Shown here piece by piece: positions 1 through 9,225 of a stretch of 29,526 nucleotides of DNA (position 1 is the stretch's first letter; each line of letters begins with the position of its first letter). The notes beneath the pieces were generated by a model that did not search any database, was not told where the DNA came from, and saw only the letters and a list, made by a program, of their open reading frames with translations. This DNA comes from a virus (Duplodnaviria > Caudoviricetes), in the IMG/VR virus record IMGVR_UViG_3300037834_000043, positions 1-29,526 of that record, one strand, 5' to 3'. Position numbers and translations under genes: made by a program.

Positions 1-888
1 CTATTCGTCCAGCTCGGTCAGGCTGGCGTGCCGCAGCTCGTCTTCGCCCTTAAGGTGCTTCACTCGAGCGAGTTGACCGGGTCTTAGCCACTCCGTTCCG
101 GCCTTTGGCTTGCCGAAGCCCGCCGGCGGCTTCGCCTTCGCCTGCACCCGCTTCCACAGCCGCTCGCGCTGCGCGTTCGCCAGCGTGATGAAGGCGCCAC
201 CGACATAGCGGCGCTCCCGATCGGGCGTCACCATGTAGGCTACCGCCGGCCGCCCGGGCTCGCGCAAGACGCCGGCGACTTCATAGGTCGAGATCTCAAA
301 GCACTTCGTCTTGAGCCAGGTCGGTTGTCGGCCGCTGCGATAGGGCGCGTCGGCACGCTTCGAGACGATGCCCTCGAGCTCCATCTTTTCTGCCGCGGCG
401 AAAAACTCGCGCCCGCCACCGGTCACGTGCTGGCTGAACTGGATAGGCCCGCCGTCGGTCGGCAGGATCTCCTGCAGCCGGGCGCGCCGCTCAGTCGTCG
501 GCAGCCGGCGCAGGTCCTCGCCGTCGAGATGCAGCAGGTCGAATGCGACGAACACCAGCCGCTCGGGAAAGCGACCCAACGCCAGGCGAAGGGCCGCCAT
601 ATTTGACCGGTGCTGATCCAGAACTACGACCTCGCCGTCGACAATCGCACTCTTGACCGGCAGCGCGGCAGCGAGATCGGCGATCGGGCCATACTTCGAC
701 GTCCAGTCGAAGCCGCGGCGGGTGAATGCTTGGGCTCGGCCGCCCTGGATCACCAGCTCGGTGCGATAGCCATCCCACTTCACCTCGTGACTCCAGTCGT
801 CGCCCTCGGGTGCCTTGTCGACCAGCGTGGGCAGCTCGAAATCAATAAACCTCAGCCGGTCGCCGCCGGCCGGCCGCTTACTCGACAT
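1..888 (-). CDS. ATP-dependent DNA ligase (stand-alone LigD/LigC-type ligase domain plus short OB domain)
   Basis: Motif I EVKWDGYR (adenylated Lys), VDGEVV, FVAFDLL, EGIVSKR, YRSGR..WLKTK. TAG stop at 1-3. Confidence 0.92.
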   Translation of the reverse strand: MSSKRPAGGDRLRFIDFELPTLVDKAPEGDDWSHEVKWDGYRTELVIQGGRAQAFTRRGFDWTSKYGPIADLAAALPVKSAIVDGEVVVLDQHRSNMAALRLALGRFPERLVFVAFDLLHLDGEDLRRLPTTERRARLQEILPTDGGPIQFSQHVTGGGREFFAAAEKMELEGIVSKRADAPYRSGRQPTWLKTKCFEISTYEVAGVLREPGRPAVAYMVTPDRERRYVGGAFITLANAQRERLWKRVQAKAKPPAGFGKPKAGTEWLRPGQLARVKHLKGEDELRHASLTELDE

Positions 889-1093
889 CGATCTCCTTGA
901 GCACCTCGGCGAACAAACTGCCGGTGCGGTTGAGATATTTCAGGCGGGGGAGGATCTCGCGGTCATCCATTGTGTCGCCGCGGCTATTTCTGAGGCAGAT
1001 CAGATCGAAATGTTGTGGGCCGAATCTAGCCTCGGCGATCGCCAATTCACGGTCGACCGCGGCACTCAACGCGTGCTCAAGCACTACCAACAA
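878..1093 (-). CDS. Hypothetical protein (71 aa, start uncertain)
   Basis: Protein-like composition; same strand as the ligase and overlaps its start by 11 bp; TTG start. Confidence 0.5.
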   Translation of the reverse strand: MLVVLEHALSAAVDRELAIAEARFGPQHFDLICLRNSRGDTMDDREILPRLKYLNRTGSLFAEVLKEIDVE

Positions 1094-1169
1094 CGCAACG
1101 CCCCACAGAACGCGGACTCAATTCGCTCAAATTGAATCGGTTCCGGAATAACCCGCCGTCTCTATGAGA

Positions 1170-1388
1170 TCAGTCGGCGCGCTCGTTGAAAAGCACCGCC
1201 AGGTTGCGTGTGCCGCACATCTCCACCACGAGAAGTAGCAGCTCCTGGTCGGCGAGCGCGGTGGCCAAAGGCCGCAATGCGGGCAGCTCGTCTTTGATCG
1301 ACACCGGCGCGCTCTTCGCGTGCTCGTCGAGATATCGGCCGATTGCGATCACAGCATCGGCATCGATGGTGCGCGGTAGGACCTGCAT
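1170..1388 (-). CDS. Hypothetical protein (72 aa, MQVLPRTID...)
   Basis: Helical, protein-like 3' part of the 1170..1607 ORF. ATG at 1388; the upstream part overlaps another gene. Confidence 0.55.
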   Translation of the reverse strand: MQVLPRTIDADAVIAIGRYLDEHAKSAPVSIKDELPALRPLATALADQELLLLVVEMCGTRNLAVLFNERAD

Positions 1389-1480
1389 GCCTCTGAGGAA
1401 AGCAGTCAAACCTGGCGAGGTGTTTGTCAAATGACATGCCGCACCCTGTGGAAAGCGGGGAAATAGTGGACAGCCGGAGC

Positions 1481-1855
1481 CTACGCTGCCCGCAGCGCTC
1501 GCATGATGGCATCCCACCAATAGGCAACAAAACCGACCGCGGTTGCACCGACAGCTGATCCGGCGATGCCAGCCACGAACAGCGCACCGATGCCGCGCTG
1601 CTTCCACAGCCTGACCTCGTCGGTCACCTGCTTGGCGTCCTGCACCGTGTCGTCGATGACGGCCACCTTGGATTTGATGGTCCCGACCTCCTCGATGAGA
1701 TCGTCGACGCGACGGTGGATCGTCGCCCGGTGCTCGTCAGCTCGTCGCGTGGTGTCGACCAAGTTCCGCTCGGCAGCGTCGAACTTCACGCCAAGATGGC
1801 GCACGTCAGCGCGCAGCTGGCCGATGGCCTCGGAAATGTCGTCTAGCTGGCTCAC
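1481..1855 (-). CDS. Coiled-coil protein with C-terminal TM helix (DUF1515-like), last gene of the lysis cassette
   Basis: Heptad-rich N-terminus, then GIGALFVAGIAGSAVGATAVGFVAYWW. GTG start overlaps the o-spanin stop (GTGA at 1855-1852). Confidence 0.75.
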   Translation of the reverse strand: MSQLDDISEAIGQLRADVRHLGVKFDAAERNLVDTTRRADEHRATIHRRVDDLIEEVGTIKSKVAVIDDTVQDAKQVTDEVRLWKQRGIGALFVAGIAGSAVGATAVGFVAYWWDAIMRALRAA

Positions 1856-2037
1856 GGCACCCATCCGCAAAGCTTCTCGCCCTTGCGGTTATGAGCGAGC
1901 GCCGCGGCAACCTCCTGGTCGGACATCGCGTCGACTACCGAGGCAGAAAGCCGAATTGGATCGGCGATATCGCAGAAGCTGCCCCTGGCAGTCGTGCAGC
2001 CGACCACCAGCAGGCAGAGGATCAGCGCTTTGACCAT
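1852..2037 (-). CDS. o-spanin (Rz1-like lipoprotein)
   Basis: Signal peptide with lipobox VVGC; Cys near both ends; overlaps the 3' end of the i-spanin candidate by 16 bp. Confidence 0.8.
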   Translation of the reverse strand: MVKALILCLLVVGCTTARGSFCDIADPIRLSASVVDAMSDQEVAAALAHNRKGEKLCGWVP

Positions 2038-2243
2038 GTCTTCAACTCCTCCCGTGCCTTGCCGGGCGGCAGAGCCCCGATGTCGTTGTCGACCTGATCG
2101 GCGACATCGCGGGCCTTCTTCTCTGCCGCTGCCTGCTTGGCGCGCTCTTTGGCAGCCCCCGACACGCGGCCCTTGAGGAAGGCCGCGACGATGGCAATAA
2201 GCGCAGTGCCGCCGGCATAAAGCAGTGCCGTGATGGTGCTCAC
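2022..2243 (-). CDS. i-spanin (Rz-like)
   Basis: N-terminal TM (ITALLYAGGTALIAIVAAFL) followed by a charged helix. GTG start overlaps the holin stop (GTGA). Confidence 0.75.
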   Translation of the reverse strand: MSTITALLYAGGTALIAIVAAFLKGRVSGAAKERAKQAAAEKKARDVADQVDNDIGALPPGKAREELKTWSKR

Positions 2244-2443
2244 GTCTTCAGCCCCCAGCGGCGAGCAAGGACGGTCCACGTCTCAACCAGCGTGGCCATG
2301 ATGACGCCGATCCCTCCCTCGATCGCCATCTGCAGCTCGGGATCACGCGTGAACTCCTCGCCGACCTCCGAGGTGATCAGCGCATAGGCCACCAGCATGC
2401 CGATGAGGTAGCGCAGTACGATGCGAGCGATGAGCGACTTCAT
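2240..2443 (-). CDS. Putative holin (67 aa, 2 TM)
   Basis: Two hydrophobic segments and a basic C-terminus (ARRWGLKT). ATGA overlap with the endolysin stop; lies between endolysin and spanins. Confidence 0.75.
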   Translation of the reverse strand: MKSLIARIVLRYLIGMLVAYALITSEVGEEFTRDPELQMAIEGGIGVIMATLVETWTVLARRWGLKT

Positions 2444-3150
2444 TTGCACAGCACTCCGAAAAGATCGCAGGGCAGGCCAGCCACCCAGGCGCCGGCCGTG
2501 AGGATGCCGGCAATAACCAAAGCAGCGATGCCGGCCGCCGGCTTTGCCGTGGCTTCTGGCGTGGGTGGGGACACAGCGGCAGGCGCAGGAGCCGTCACTG
2601 CAGGCTCCGGCACCGCGGGCTTGGTAGCGGCCATCTTTGCCGCCTCGGCGCGCACCTCGTCGACGCGGCGCTTCCAGCCCTTGCCGAACGTGCGCCAGGT
2701 CTTCAGCGCCTGCAGGAAGGCCATGCGGCGGTCGCAGATCGCACTGACGAGAGCATCATGGTTCGGGTGCGCCGCCACGGCCGCCAGCGTCGACTGCCCG
2801 ATCTGGCCGTCGACCTTGCCCTTGTAGTGGCCGCCAAGGGCCCGCTGCAGCCACTTGCCCGACTGTCCGGTCCCGGAGTTCACCGCGCCATCGAACACGA
2901 CATAGTCGACGCCGGCCGGCAACTGGTCACCCTTCACGACGTCCCAGTACTGCCGGCGATAGACCGTCGCGACCTGCTGATCGGTGATTGCCTTCAGTTC
3001 GGCAACCGTGCCGTCTGCCTTGATGAAGCGGCGGAACGTGGCGATCGTGATCCCCTTGTTGGTTGCGCCGCCGGGGTCTTTCGGATGGTTGACGAACCCG
3101 CCTTCGTGGCGAAGGACGCGATCGAGCGAGCGCGCGAAATTGCGTTCCAT
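2440..3150 (-). CDS. Endolysin, glycoside hydrolase family 108, with PG-binding region, Pro/Ala linker and hydrophobic C-terminal tail
   Basis: HEGGFVNHPKDPGGATNKGIT (GH108 EGG motif), FDGAVNSG, VDGQIG..TL, FGKGWKRR. Confidence 0.92.
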   Translation of the reverse strand: MERNFARSLDRVLRHEGGFVNHPKDPGGATNKGITIATFRRFIKADGTVAELKAITDQQVATVYRRQYWDVVKGDQLPAGVDYVVFDGAVNSGTGQSGKWLQRALGGHYKGKVDGQIGQSTLAAVAAHPNHDALVSAICDRRMAFLQALKTWRTFGKGWKRRVDEVRAEAAKMAATKPAVPEPAVTAPAPAAVSPPTPEATAKPAAGIAALVIAGILTAGAWVAGLPCDLFGVLCK

Positions 3151-3153
3151 GGC

Positions 3154-3417
3154 TTAGCCTCGCATCCTTGCCTTGAGTGCCGCGACAAACTGGGCTTTGG
3201 TGTAAGCAACGTCGCCGCCCTTCACGCGCAGCTTGTTGATTTCCGTGAACGTCAATTCGGCCAGCGCCCGGAAGATCGATCCCGGCGTCGCAAGCGCCGC
3301 GTTCAGCGCTGCAGCATCGAGTGCGTCGTAATCCGGTTCCGGAGGAGGCGGAGGCGGTGTCCAGGTTTCATCAACCGTTTCCTCGCCCGTCAGAACGTTG
3401 ATCTCCCTTCGAGACAT
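3154..3417 (-). CDS. Hypothetical protein, possible tail-fibre assembly chaperone
   Basis: GAGG RBS; directly follows the tail fibre; poly-Pro linker. Confidence 0.65.
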   Translation of the reverse strand: MSRREINVLTGEETVDETWTPPPPPPEPDYDALDAAALNAALATPGSIFRALAELTFTEINKLRVKGGDVAYTKAQFVAALKARMRG

Positions 3418-3426
3418 GGCCTCACC

Positions 3427-4443
3427 TCAGTACTGGTATTGGATGTTCATGGAGCCAAGGTCGAAGGTGTCGGTGCCGTTGGCGGCCGTCAGGCGAATGC
3501 GGTCAAGCGCGCCGGATAGGGCTCGCGTTCCTGCCGTGACGCCGCCGACCGATGCGCCGGTATCGAACATGGCGCCAAAGCAGGCCCATGTGTTCGTTGC
3601 TGCGTTGACCAACGTCAGGGCTATCGTGCCGTGCCGAATGGCGCCGGACGATACCGACACGAGCTGCCACCCGGACGTCGCAGCCGCGTCGGCCGCGCTG
3701 GTGAAGACGCCGCCGGCATATCCGGTTGTCACCACGCCGCCGCTGTCACCGATCTGCAGGAGCAGAGCGCTTGAGCCGCTCGTTGAAACGCCAACCAAGG
3801 AGACGAGTATTCGCTTCACGCCGGCCGGGATGCCCGTGAAGTCGATCGCGGTACCGGATGTCGTCGCTACCAACGTGCCGTTGGTTGTCAGCGAAGCAAA
3901 TTCGAGCGCCGTGCCGGCGTTGTTGACGCGGAGCGCCTGCAGCGACGAGCCGAACGCAGGCAGGACATTGGGGGCGGTGCGACCGATCACCCAGACACGA
4001 ACGACGCTCGAGCTGTAACCCTCGAAGAAGAGGAGATCGCCGGCAACGGCCGTGTAGTTGACGGAAGTTGAGCCATTGACGATGAGGTTGGCGCTAGCGG
4101 TGATTTGGAACGCGCCGGTCGCCCGGGCTCGCCGCTGCTTACCGTCCGCGAGCGTGACAGCCGTAATCGTTGTCGTGCCGCTGATGTCGACGAATGCGCC
4201 GGTCGCAGTATCGAGATTGATAGTCGCGGCGCTGGCTACGGTGTTGCCCTTGGTGTTGAGCGCATCATGGCCGCCTATGACGGTACCTTCGCCCGTCCCG
4301 CCCGCCACGACAGGCCGCGGGGTATTGGCATCGGCTTCCAGATCCTCCAGCGGATCATTGTGCTGAGCCGCAAACGCGTCCTCGCCGTCAACCGCTTCAT
4401 AGTTGGCGGGAAGGCTATAGACGCCTGGTCCACTTCTCGGCAT
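3427..4443 (-). CDS. Tail fibre / receptor-binding protein (338 aa)
   Basis: N-terminus MPRSGPGVYSLP...VVAGGTG resembles podoviral fibre anchors; Thr/Gly/Ala-rich beta repeats; positioned before the lysis genes. Confidence 0.82.
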   Translation of the reverse strand: MPRSGPGVYSLPANYEAVDGEDAFAAQHNDPLEDLEADANTPRPVVAGGTGEGTVIGGHDALNTKGNTVASAATINLDTATGAFVDISGTTTITAVTLADGKQRRARATGAFQITASANLIVNGSTSVNYTAVAGDLLFFEGYSSSVVRVWVIGRTAPNVLPAFGSSLQALRVNNAGTALEFASLTTNGTLVATTSGTAIDFTGIPAGVKRILVSLVGVSTSGSSALLLQIGDSGGVVTTGYAGGVFTSAADAAATSGWQLVSVSSGAIRHGTIALTLVNAATNTWACFGAMFDTGASVGGVTAGTRALSGALDRIRLTAANGTDTFDLGSMNIQYQY

Positions 4444-4491
4444 CGCGGCCCAGTGCTCCACGGTTATTTACCGTGACAAGACATCGCCGAG

Positions 4492-4514
4492 CCGCGAAAA
4501 TATGAGGGACTTGC
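4492..4514 (-). promoter_or_regulatory. 23-bp late-gene motif, copy 1 (minus strand GCAAGTCCCTCATATTTTCGCGG)
   Basis: Identical to 19788-19810; ends 48 nt upstream of the tail fibre ATG. Confidence 0.7.
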
Positions 4515-4546
4515 GCGCGCGGCGCCGCTGGCGCATGTTCCGCGCG

Positions 4547-4870
4547 ATGCGCTGGGCGATAATTCTTGCGAGTACTGGGTTTTTACTGGCGGGCTGCCAA
4601 TCAGAACAGCCGGCCACCGGAAAGGATCTGGCGCAGCTGAACGCGAGCTGCGAGGCGTATGGCTTCAAGAAGGGCACCGACGCCTATTCGAACTGCGTGC
4701 TGCAGCTCGATCAGCAGCGGATCGCCACCAACCGGCAGCGGCGCATGGCGATCGCGGACGCCTTCAGCGAAGCCGGCGAGAATATGTCCGCCAGCGCGGC
4801 CGCGAACCGGCCAGTAAACTGCACCTCCCGGCCAGGCTATGGCGGGACCGTCCAGACGACGTGCTACTGA
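4547..4870 (+). CDS. Lipoprotein (moron gene, opposite strand to the virion operon)
   Basis: Signal peptide MRWAIILASTGFLLAGC (lipobox LAGC); CEAYGFKKGTDAYSNC and a C-terminal C..C pair. Alternative ATG at 4535. Confidence 0.85.
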   Translation: MRWAIILASTGFLLAGCQSEQPATGKDLAQLNASCEAYGFKKGTDAYSNCVLQLDQQRIATNRQRRMAIADAFSEAGENMSASAAANRPVNCTSRPGYGGTVQTTCY

Positions 4871-5118
4871 TGAACGAGCGACTGCGCCAAGCCTTGCTGC
4901 ATCCGAAGACCCCCCAGATTTTCGCGGCGATCGGCACCGTGGTCATCGGTTGGTTTCTGGTCGACTGGTTGACAGGCTTGAGCGAGAGATGGCCCCTCGG
5001 CCAGTTCATGGCATTCGGCGCTATCTGGATCGCCGCCGTTCTTCTAGTAGCGTGGTGGTCGGAAAGATGGACCGCGACCCGGAAAGCGCGCGAACGACAC
5101 GATCCATCTGGTCATTGA
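4870..5118 (+). CDS. Small 2-TM, Trp-rich membrane protein (moron)
   Basis: TGATG coupling to the lipoprotein; two clear TM helices; 3' end overlaps the convergent ejection gene by 98 bp. Confidence 0.65.
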   Translation: MNERLRQALLHPKTPQIFAAIGTVVIGWFLVDWLTGLSERWPLGQFMAFGAIWIAAVLLVAWWSERWTATRKARERHDPSGH

Positions 5119-7159
5119 GCCTACCGACTTGGGCCTGCCCTTCGATCGCGCGAAATAGTGGCTCGTTCTGGCTCGCCGGCCTGGTGAGAAGCCGAGCAAT
5201 CTCCCCATAAATCTCCTGCTTTCGCGCCCCCTGATCGGCCGGCGTCTGTCCGGTGGCAGCTTGGATCAGCCGTTTGCCTGCTTCGAGCGGCTTGCCCTCG
5301 CTCAGTTTGCCCAGGACGCCCGGATCGATCAGCTCGTCGATCGTCCGATCAGTCTCCTGCCGGGCGAACGTCTTGGAGTTTTCGGCAACCGATGCGCGCA
5401 GCCCGTAGGCTTGCGCAGCCTGGTCGAGATCGCGGAACAGCGCGCCAGCCTCGTCGTCGCCGATCACCATCGCGAGCTTCTCGCGCGCCGCACGGCTCGA
5501 TAGCTCCTGCAATGCCCGCATGCCTTCGCGTGCATCGACATTGCTATCAGTCATGGTCCGGCGCACGTTTGCCAGTGTGTCATCGATCTGCGACCGGATG
5601 CCCTGTGTGAGCGCCGCGCGCTCTGCCTGTGACATGCCGGCAATCGCTTCCGCTACCTCGTCGCGACGCATGGCCGGAGACAGCATGCGCGAACCGAGTT
5701 CGACGGCCTGCGAGCGGCGGATGGGATCGGCCGCGGTGTCGAGCGCCCGGCCATATTCAGGAACCAGCCCGCGAAGCGTCTGCCGGATCTCGCGGGACAA
5801 GCCCTGATGAGCGCGGCCTAGCGCGTTCTGACCGCCGAGTGCACCGGTGCCTTCTGCTGACGCAGCCACGTCATTGAGCCCGCGCGTGATGTAATCCAGC
5901 TGGCGGACGTCGGGCAGCGTTGCGAAGGTCACGGAACCGTCGTCGCCGATCCTGGCGAGCATCTGGTTCGACTGGTTCCCCTCGATGCGCATCAGTTCGT
6001 TCGCGCGACGGATAGCAGAGGCCGGCACGCGGGTTCGCACCATGTTTTCCAAAGCCATACCTTCCGGCGCCGCATAGTCGATGGCACGAGAATAGGCGTC
6101 GTCATAGGCATTGCCGCGCACGGCGGCCGAGCCTTGGCGGATTGCTGTCCGGGTGGCCTTGACGCCTTGGGGAGCGCCTAGCGTTCGCGTCAAGGCGTCG
6201 TCGATCTGCAGCGCAGCTGCACCGGTGCGCCCGGCAACTGCATCGCGTGCCGCGATCGCGCCCGGGCCGGCGCGCTGGATTGCAGCATCCAACACCGACC
6301 GTGCCGCCGGACCAGCATCGACCATCATCGCGTCAGGTCCGGCAGCGGCAATATTCGCGCGCCCGACCGGCCCCCGCGTGCCATCCGATTCCATGATCCT
6401 GTTGATGATCTTAACCGCCTCAGGCGACGCGCCGGCCGCCGCTGCGGTGCGGCGCCCCAACAGGGCGTCAACAATCGCTTTGCCGCCGGCCCCAAGGCCG
6501 CTGAAGACCGCGGGAAGTGTCGTCCCCGCGACAGCGCCGATCGTCCCCTCTTGGCCGGCCTTCATCAGTCGGTTAATCACGCCGTCTTTGCCAGACCCAA
6601 AGCCATGCGCGCCGCCATAGGTCGCGCCAGTGAGACCGCCACCAATCATTCGGCCAACCAGCGATTCCGCATTTGGGAGAAACCCCGCGCCACGCGTGGC
6701 CAGCGCCAGCGCGGCCGCGCCGCCGAGCTGCCCGCCAAGGTAGGATTTCGGGTTCTGCTGCGCCGCCTCCGCGTCAAGGCTGCGCATATGGTCCAAGATC
6801 TGATCGTAGCTGCTGCCACGGTGGCCCGGCAGCTTATCGATCAGGTAGCCTAGACCGGCGGCGGCCTCGTCGGCGAAGCCGGAACCGCCGATATCGGCAA
6901 AGCCGTAGCCGACCGACTGCGCCTTGCTCATGACCGGATGCATCTCGCCCGTGCTTGGATCGTAGCCGGCGAGCGGCTGGCCATCCTGCCCAACCGGGGC
7001 GAACTCGGGCACGTTGTTGCCCGTGGCCGGGTTGACGTGCTCGATCTTGACCGGCTGCGGTTGCTCGGCCGGCGCCGCGTCACGCGTGGCCGCAGCCTGC
7101 GCCTGCCTGGCGCGCGCAAGGGCGATGGCGCGCTGCTGTTCGGGCGTCAGCGTGACCAT
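5021..7159 (-). CDS. DNA ejection / internal virion protein (712 aa; position of P22 gp16)
   Basis: Ala/Gly-rich with glycine-zipper segments (GGGLTGATYGGAHGFG), largely helical; last of three large genes after the GNAT. Start taken at MVTLTPEQ. Confidence 0.75.
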   Translation of the reverse strand: MVTLTPEQQRAIALARARQAQAAATRDAAPAEQPQPVKIEHVNPATGNNVPEFAPVGQDGQPLAGYDPSTGEMHPVMSKAQSVGYGFADIGGSGFADEAAAGLGYLIDKLPGHRGSSYDQILDHMRSLDAEAAQQNPKSYLGGQLGGAAALALATRGAGFLPNAESLVGRMIGGGLTGATYGGAHGFGSGKDGVINRLMKAGQEGTIGAVAGTTLPAVFSGLGAGGKAIVDALLGRRTAAAAGASPEAVKIINRIMESDGTRGPVGRANIAAAGPDAMMVDAGPAARSVLDAAIQRAGPGAIAARDAVAGRTGAAALQIDDALTRTLGAPQGVKATRTAIRQGSAAVRGNAYDDAYSRAIDYAAPEGMALENMVRTRVPASAIRRANELMRIEGNQSNQMLARIGDDGSVTFATLPDVRQLDYITRGLNDVAASAEGTGALGGQNALGRAHQGLSREIRQTLRGLVPEYGRALDTAADPIRRSQAVELGSRMLSPAMRRDEVAEAIAGMSQAERAALTQGIRSQIDDTLANVRRTMTDSNVDAREGMRALQELSSRAAREKLAMVIGDDEAGALFRDLDQAAQAYGLRASVAENSKTFARQETDRTIDELIDPGVLGKLSEGKPLEAGKRLIQAATGQTPADQGARKQEIYGEIARLLTRPASQNEPLFRAIEGQAQVGRLNDQMDRVVRALSGSRSIFPTTTLLEERRRSR

Positions 7160-9225
7160 GCCTTGCGATCCTCCGGCGCCACGAATTTCCACAGTTCGGG
7201 ATCAATGCCCTCCGGCGCGACGTCGTCGTTCGCGGCCGGGGGCGCAGCCTTGCCGCTGGCGTCCGGTGCTGCAGGCTGCTGCTTGCCCTTCCGCCAAGCG
7301 TTGAAACCCTCATACGGGTTTGGCAACGCCCTGATCTGCTTTTCGGCCTCCTGCCAGGTGATGCCCCCCTGATCGGGAGGCAGCATCGCCATCGAGGCGA
7401 TCTCGGCCGCCGCCATCTTGTGCTTTCCCAGCGCGTCGAAGGTCGACGTGATGATTAGGTTGCCGTCCGGCGTGTTGCCGAGGCTGGGCAAGCTGTTGAG
7501 GAACTGCCGAGCATCGAAATCCGATGCGGCACCGGAACCGGCGGGACGCATCTGCGGTGCCAGGCGCGACACGATCGAGCCATACGCTTGGGATTCGCCG
7601 AGCCCCTCGATGTCGAAGCCAAGCGCCTGAGCATACGGCCCGAGCGCGGCTTTCACCTGGGCCTCTTTACCCGTTCCAATCAGCGGCCCGAGTTCGGCCA
7701 GGGTCTGGATGTCGGCCATGAACTTCGGCGCTTCGTTGCCGGCGGTGATGATGTCGTTGAGCCGGGTCGCCGCCGCTTTGTCGCTTTCCTCAGCGAACTT
7801 CGACGAATTGCCGCCGACGGTAATGTTGTTTGCCTTCGCCTTGCCAGTGGTCGTGATGAATTCGAGGATACCCAGCGGTTGACGGCCCGCCGCCTGCTCC
7901 TGTTTCACATAGGCGTCGTAGTACTCAGGCAGCGCGTCCTTCTGCTTCTCGTAGTCGAATTTCGACACGTCGAGCCCAAGCCGCTTGTCATCGCGCGCAT
8001 TGTCGGCTTCGCGATCGGCCTGCTCCTGGCGGGCTTTGTCGGACGCAGCCGCGTCGAGCAACTTGTTGCGCTCAACCTGGGCGGCCTCGTAGGGCGACAG
8101 CACCGGGTTCAGCAGCCTGTCGAGCTCCACCCGGTCCTTCTCTAGCCCGAGGCGGGTTTTCTCCTGCTCGAGCGCATAGCTCGGATCGCGCTTCTTCAGC
8201 TCCTCGCCAAGCAAAGCCTTCACGACAGCCTGTTGACCGTCGTTCAGCCACGGATTTTGCGCCGCTTTCATCAGCTGCTGAATGACCGCGTCGTTGGGAT
8301 CAGGGGCGGCCGGAAAGTCGCCCGCCATTTTGACCGGCTTGCCGCCGGTCAGCGCCTGGATGACAGGATCATCTTGTGCCGGCGGCAGATTTCCGCTTGC
8401 GGCAGGCGGCAAAATGCTGCCGTCCTGAACGGCCTTCGCCATGCCGGCGTTGGGGTCAAGCGATGCGACCTGCACCGGACTGCCACCGCCCGCCGCTGCG
8501 GCTTGCTGAAGGGCTATTGCGCGGGCCTTCTCCAAGCCCTGCCGGTTACCGATGCCAGCCTTAGCCGCGCCGAACCACTGCCCCCACCCCTTTTGCGCGG
8601 CTTCGTTCAAGCCATAGTCAACGCCGCGCTTCCAGTCCTTGCGCGGATCGATTCCTTCCGCCAGCGCACGTTCGCCAACGCCGCCCATGCGCATGTGAAG
8701 CTGAAAGGGTCCATAGCTCTCTTCGCGACCATACTTCAGCATGGCCTCGCCCTGGCGATACGGATCTTTCAACCCGCCCTCCGACTGCGCCACGCGCACG
8801 GCGATATCCGGATCGATGCCCCGCGCCGCTGCCGCCTGACGAATGTAGGCCTCGATCTCGCCGCCACCGGCCGCAAGCGGGTAGCTTTCTTGCCCCTTGG
8901 GTCCGTCTGCAACGTTCGGGTCTACCGGCGGACGGCCGATGGTGCCGCCCGTTTCTATACCGGCTGCCTCAGCCCCGCCGCCGAACATACCGGCGATCGG
9001 CCCCCAGTCGGCCGCGGCGCTTTCCATGCCAGCCTTTTCTGCTCGATCGGCTCTCGCCGATGCGATGCGATAGGCAATGGCGCTACCGAGGTTGGACAGA
9101 CCTTCGCCCACGTCGCTAGAGCCGCCGTGAGCGGCCCTTGCCAAAGACTGGATGATGGCGCGCTGGCGAGCCAGCATCTGAGGCGTCTCACCCTTGGAAG
9201 GGTCGAAGATGAAGGACGCGACCAT
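7147..9225 (-). CDS. Internal virion/ejection protein with lytic transglycosylase-like domain
   Basis: IEAYIRQAAAARGIDPDIAVRVAQSEGG...SYGPFQL...GWGQW resembles an SLT/lysozyme-like fold (catalytic Glu, GxxQ motif), embedded in low-complexity and coiled-coil sequence. Confidence 0.78.
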   Translation of the reverse strand: MVASFIFDPSKGETPQMLARQRAIIQSLARAAHGGSSDVGEGLSNLGSAIAYRIASARADRAEKAGMESAAADWGPIAGMFGGGAEAAGIETGGTIGRPPVDPNVADGPKGQESYPLAAGGGEIEAYIRQAAAARGIDPDIAVRVAQSEGGLKDPYRQGEAMLKYGREESYGPFQLHMRMGGVGERALAEGIDPRKDWKRGVDYGLNEAAQKGWGQWFGAAKAGIGNRQGLEKARAIALQQAAAAGGGSPVQVASLDPNAGMAKAVQDGSILPPAASGNLPPAQDDPVIQALTGGKPVKMAGDFPAAPDPNDAVIQQLMKAAQNPWLNDGQQAVVKALLGEELKKRDPSYALEQEKTRLGLEKDRVELDRLLNPVLSPYEAAQVERNKLLDAAASDKARQEQADREADNARDDKRLGLDVSKFDYEKQKDALPEYYDAYVKQEQAAGRQPLGILEFITTTGKAKANNITVGGNSSKFAEESDKAAATRLNDIITAGNEAPKFMADIQTLAELGPLIGTGKEAQVKAALGPYAQALGFDIEGLGESQAYGSIVSRLAPQMRPAGSGAASDFDARQFLNSLPSLGNTPDGNLIITSTFDALGKHKMAAAEIASMAMLPPDQGGITWQEAEKQIRALPNPYEGFNAWRKGKQQPAAPDASGKAAPPAANDDVAPEGIDPELWKFVAPEDRKAWSR

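Noticed and set aside
1105-1136. Possible alphaproteobacterial LexA box upstream of the ligase operon
   Set aside because: Only one GAAC half-site matches GAAC-N7-GAAC.
1446-1473. DnaA-box-like TGTGGAAAG / AGTGGACAG motifs
   Set aside because: Each has two or more mismatches to the consensus; not distinguishable from chance.
3427-4443. Diversity-generating retroelement or invertible tail-fibre cassette
   Set aside because: No reverse transcriptase, template/variable repeat pair, invertase or second fibre end seen.
4459-4475. Small hairpin CACGGT-TATTT-ACCGTG in the tail-fibre leader
   Set aside because: Only a 6-bp stem with no U-tract; it may affect the adjacent GGAG RBS but cannot be supported as a feature.
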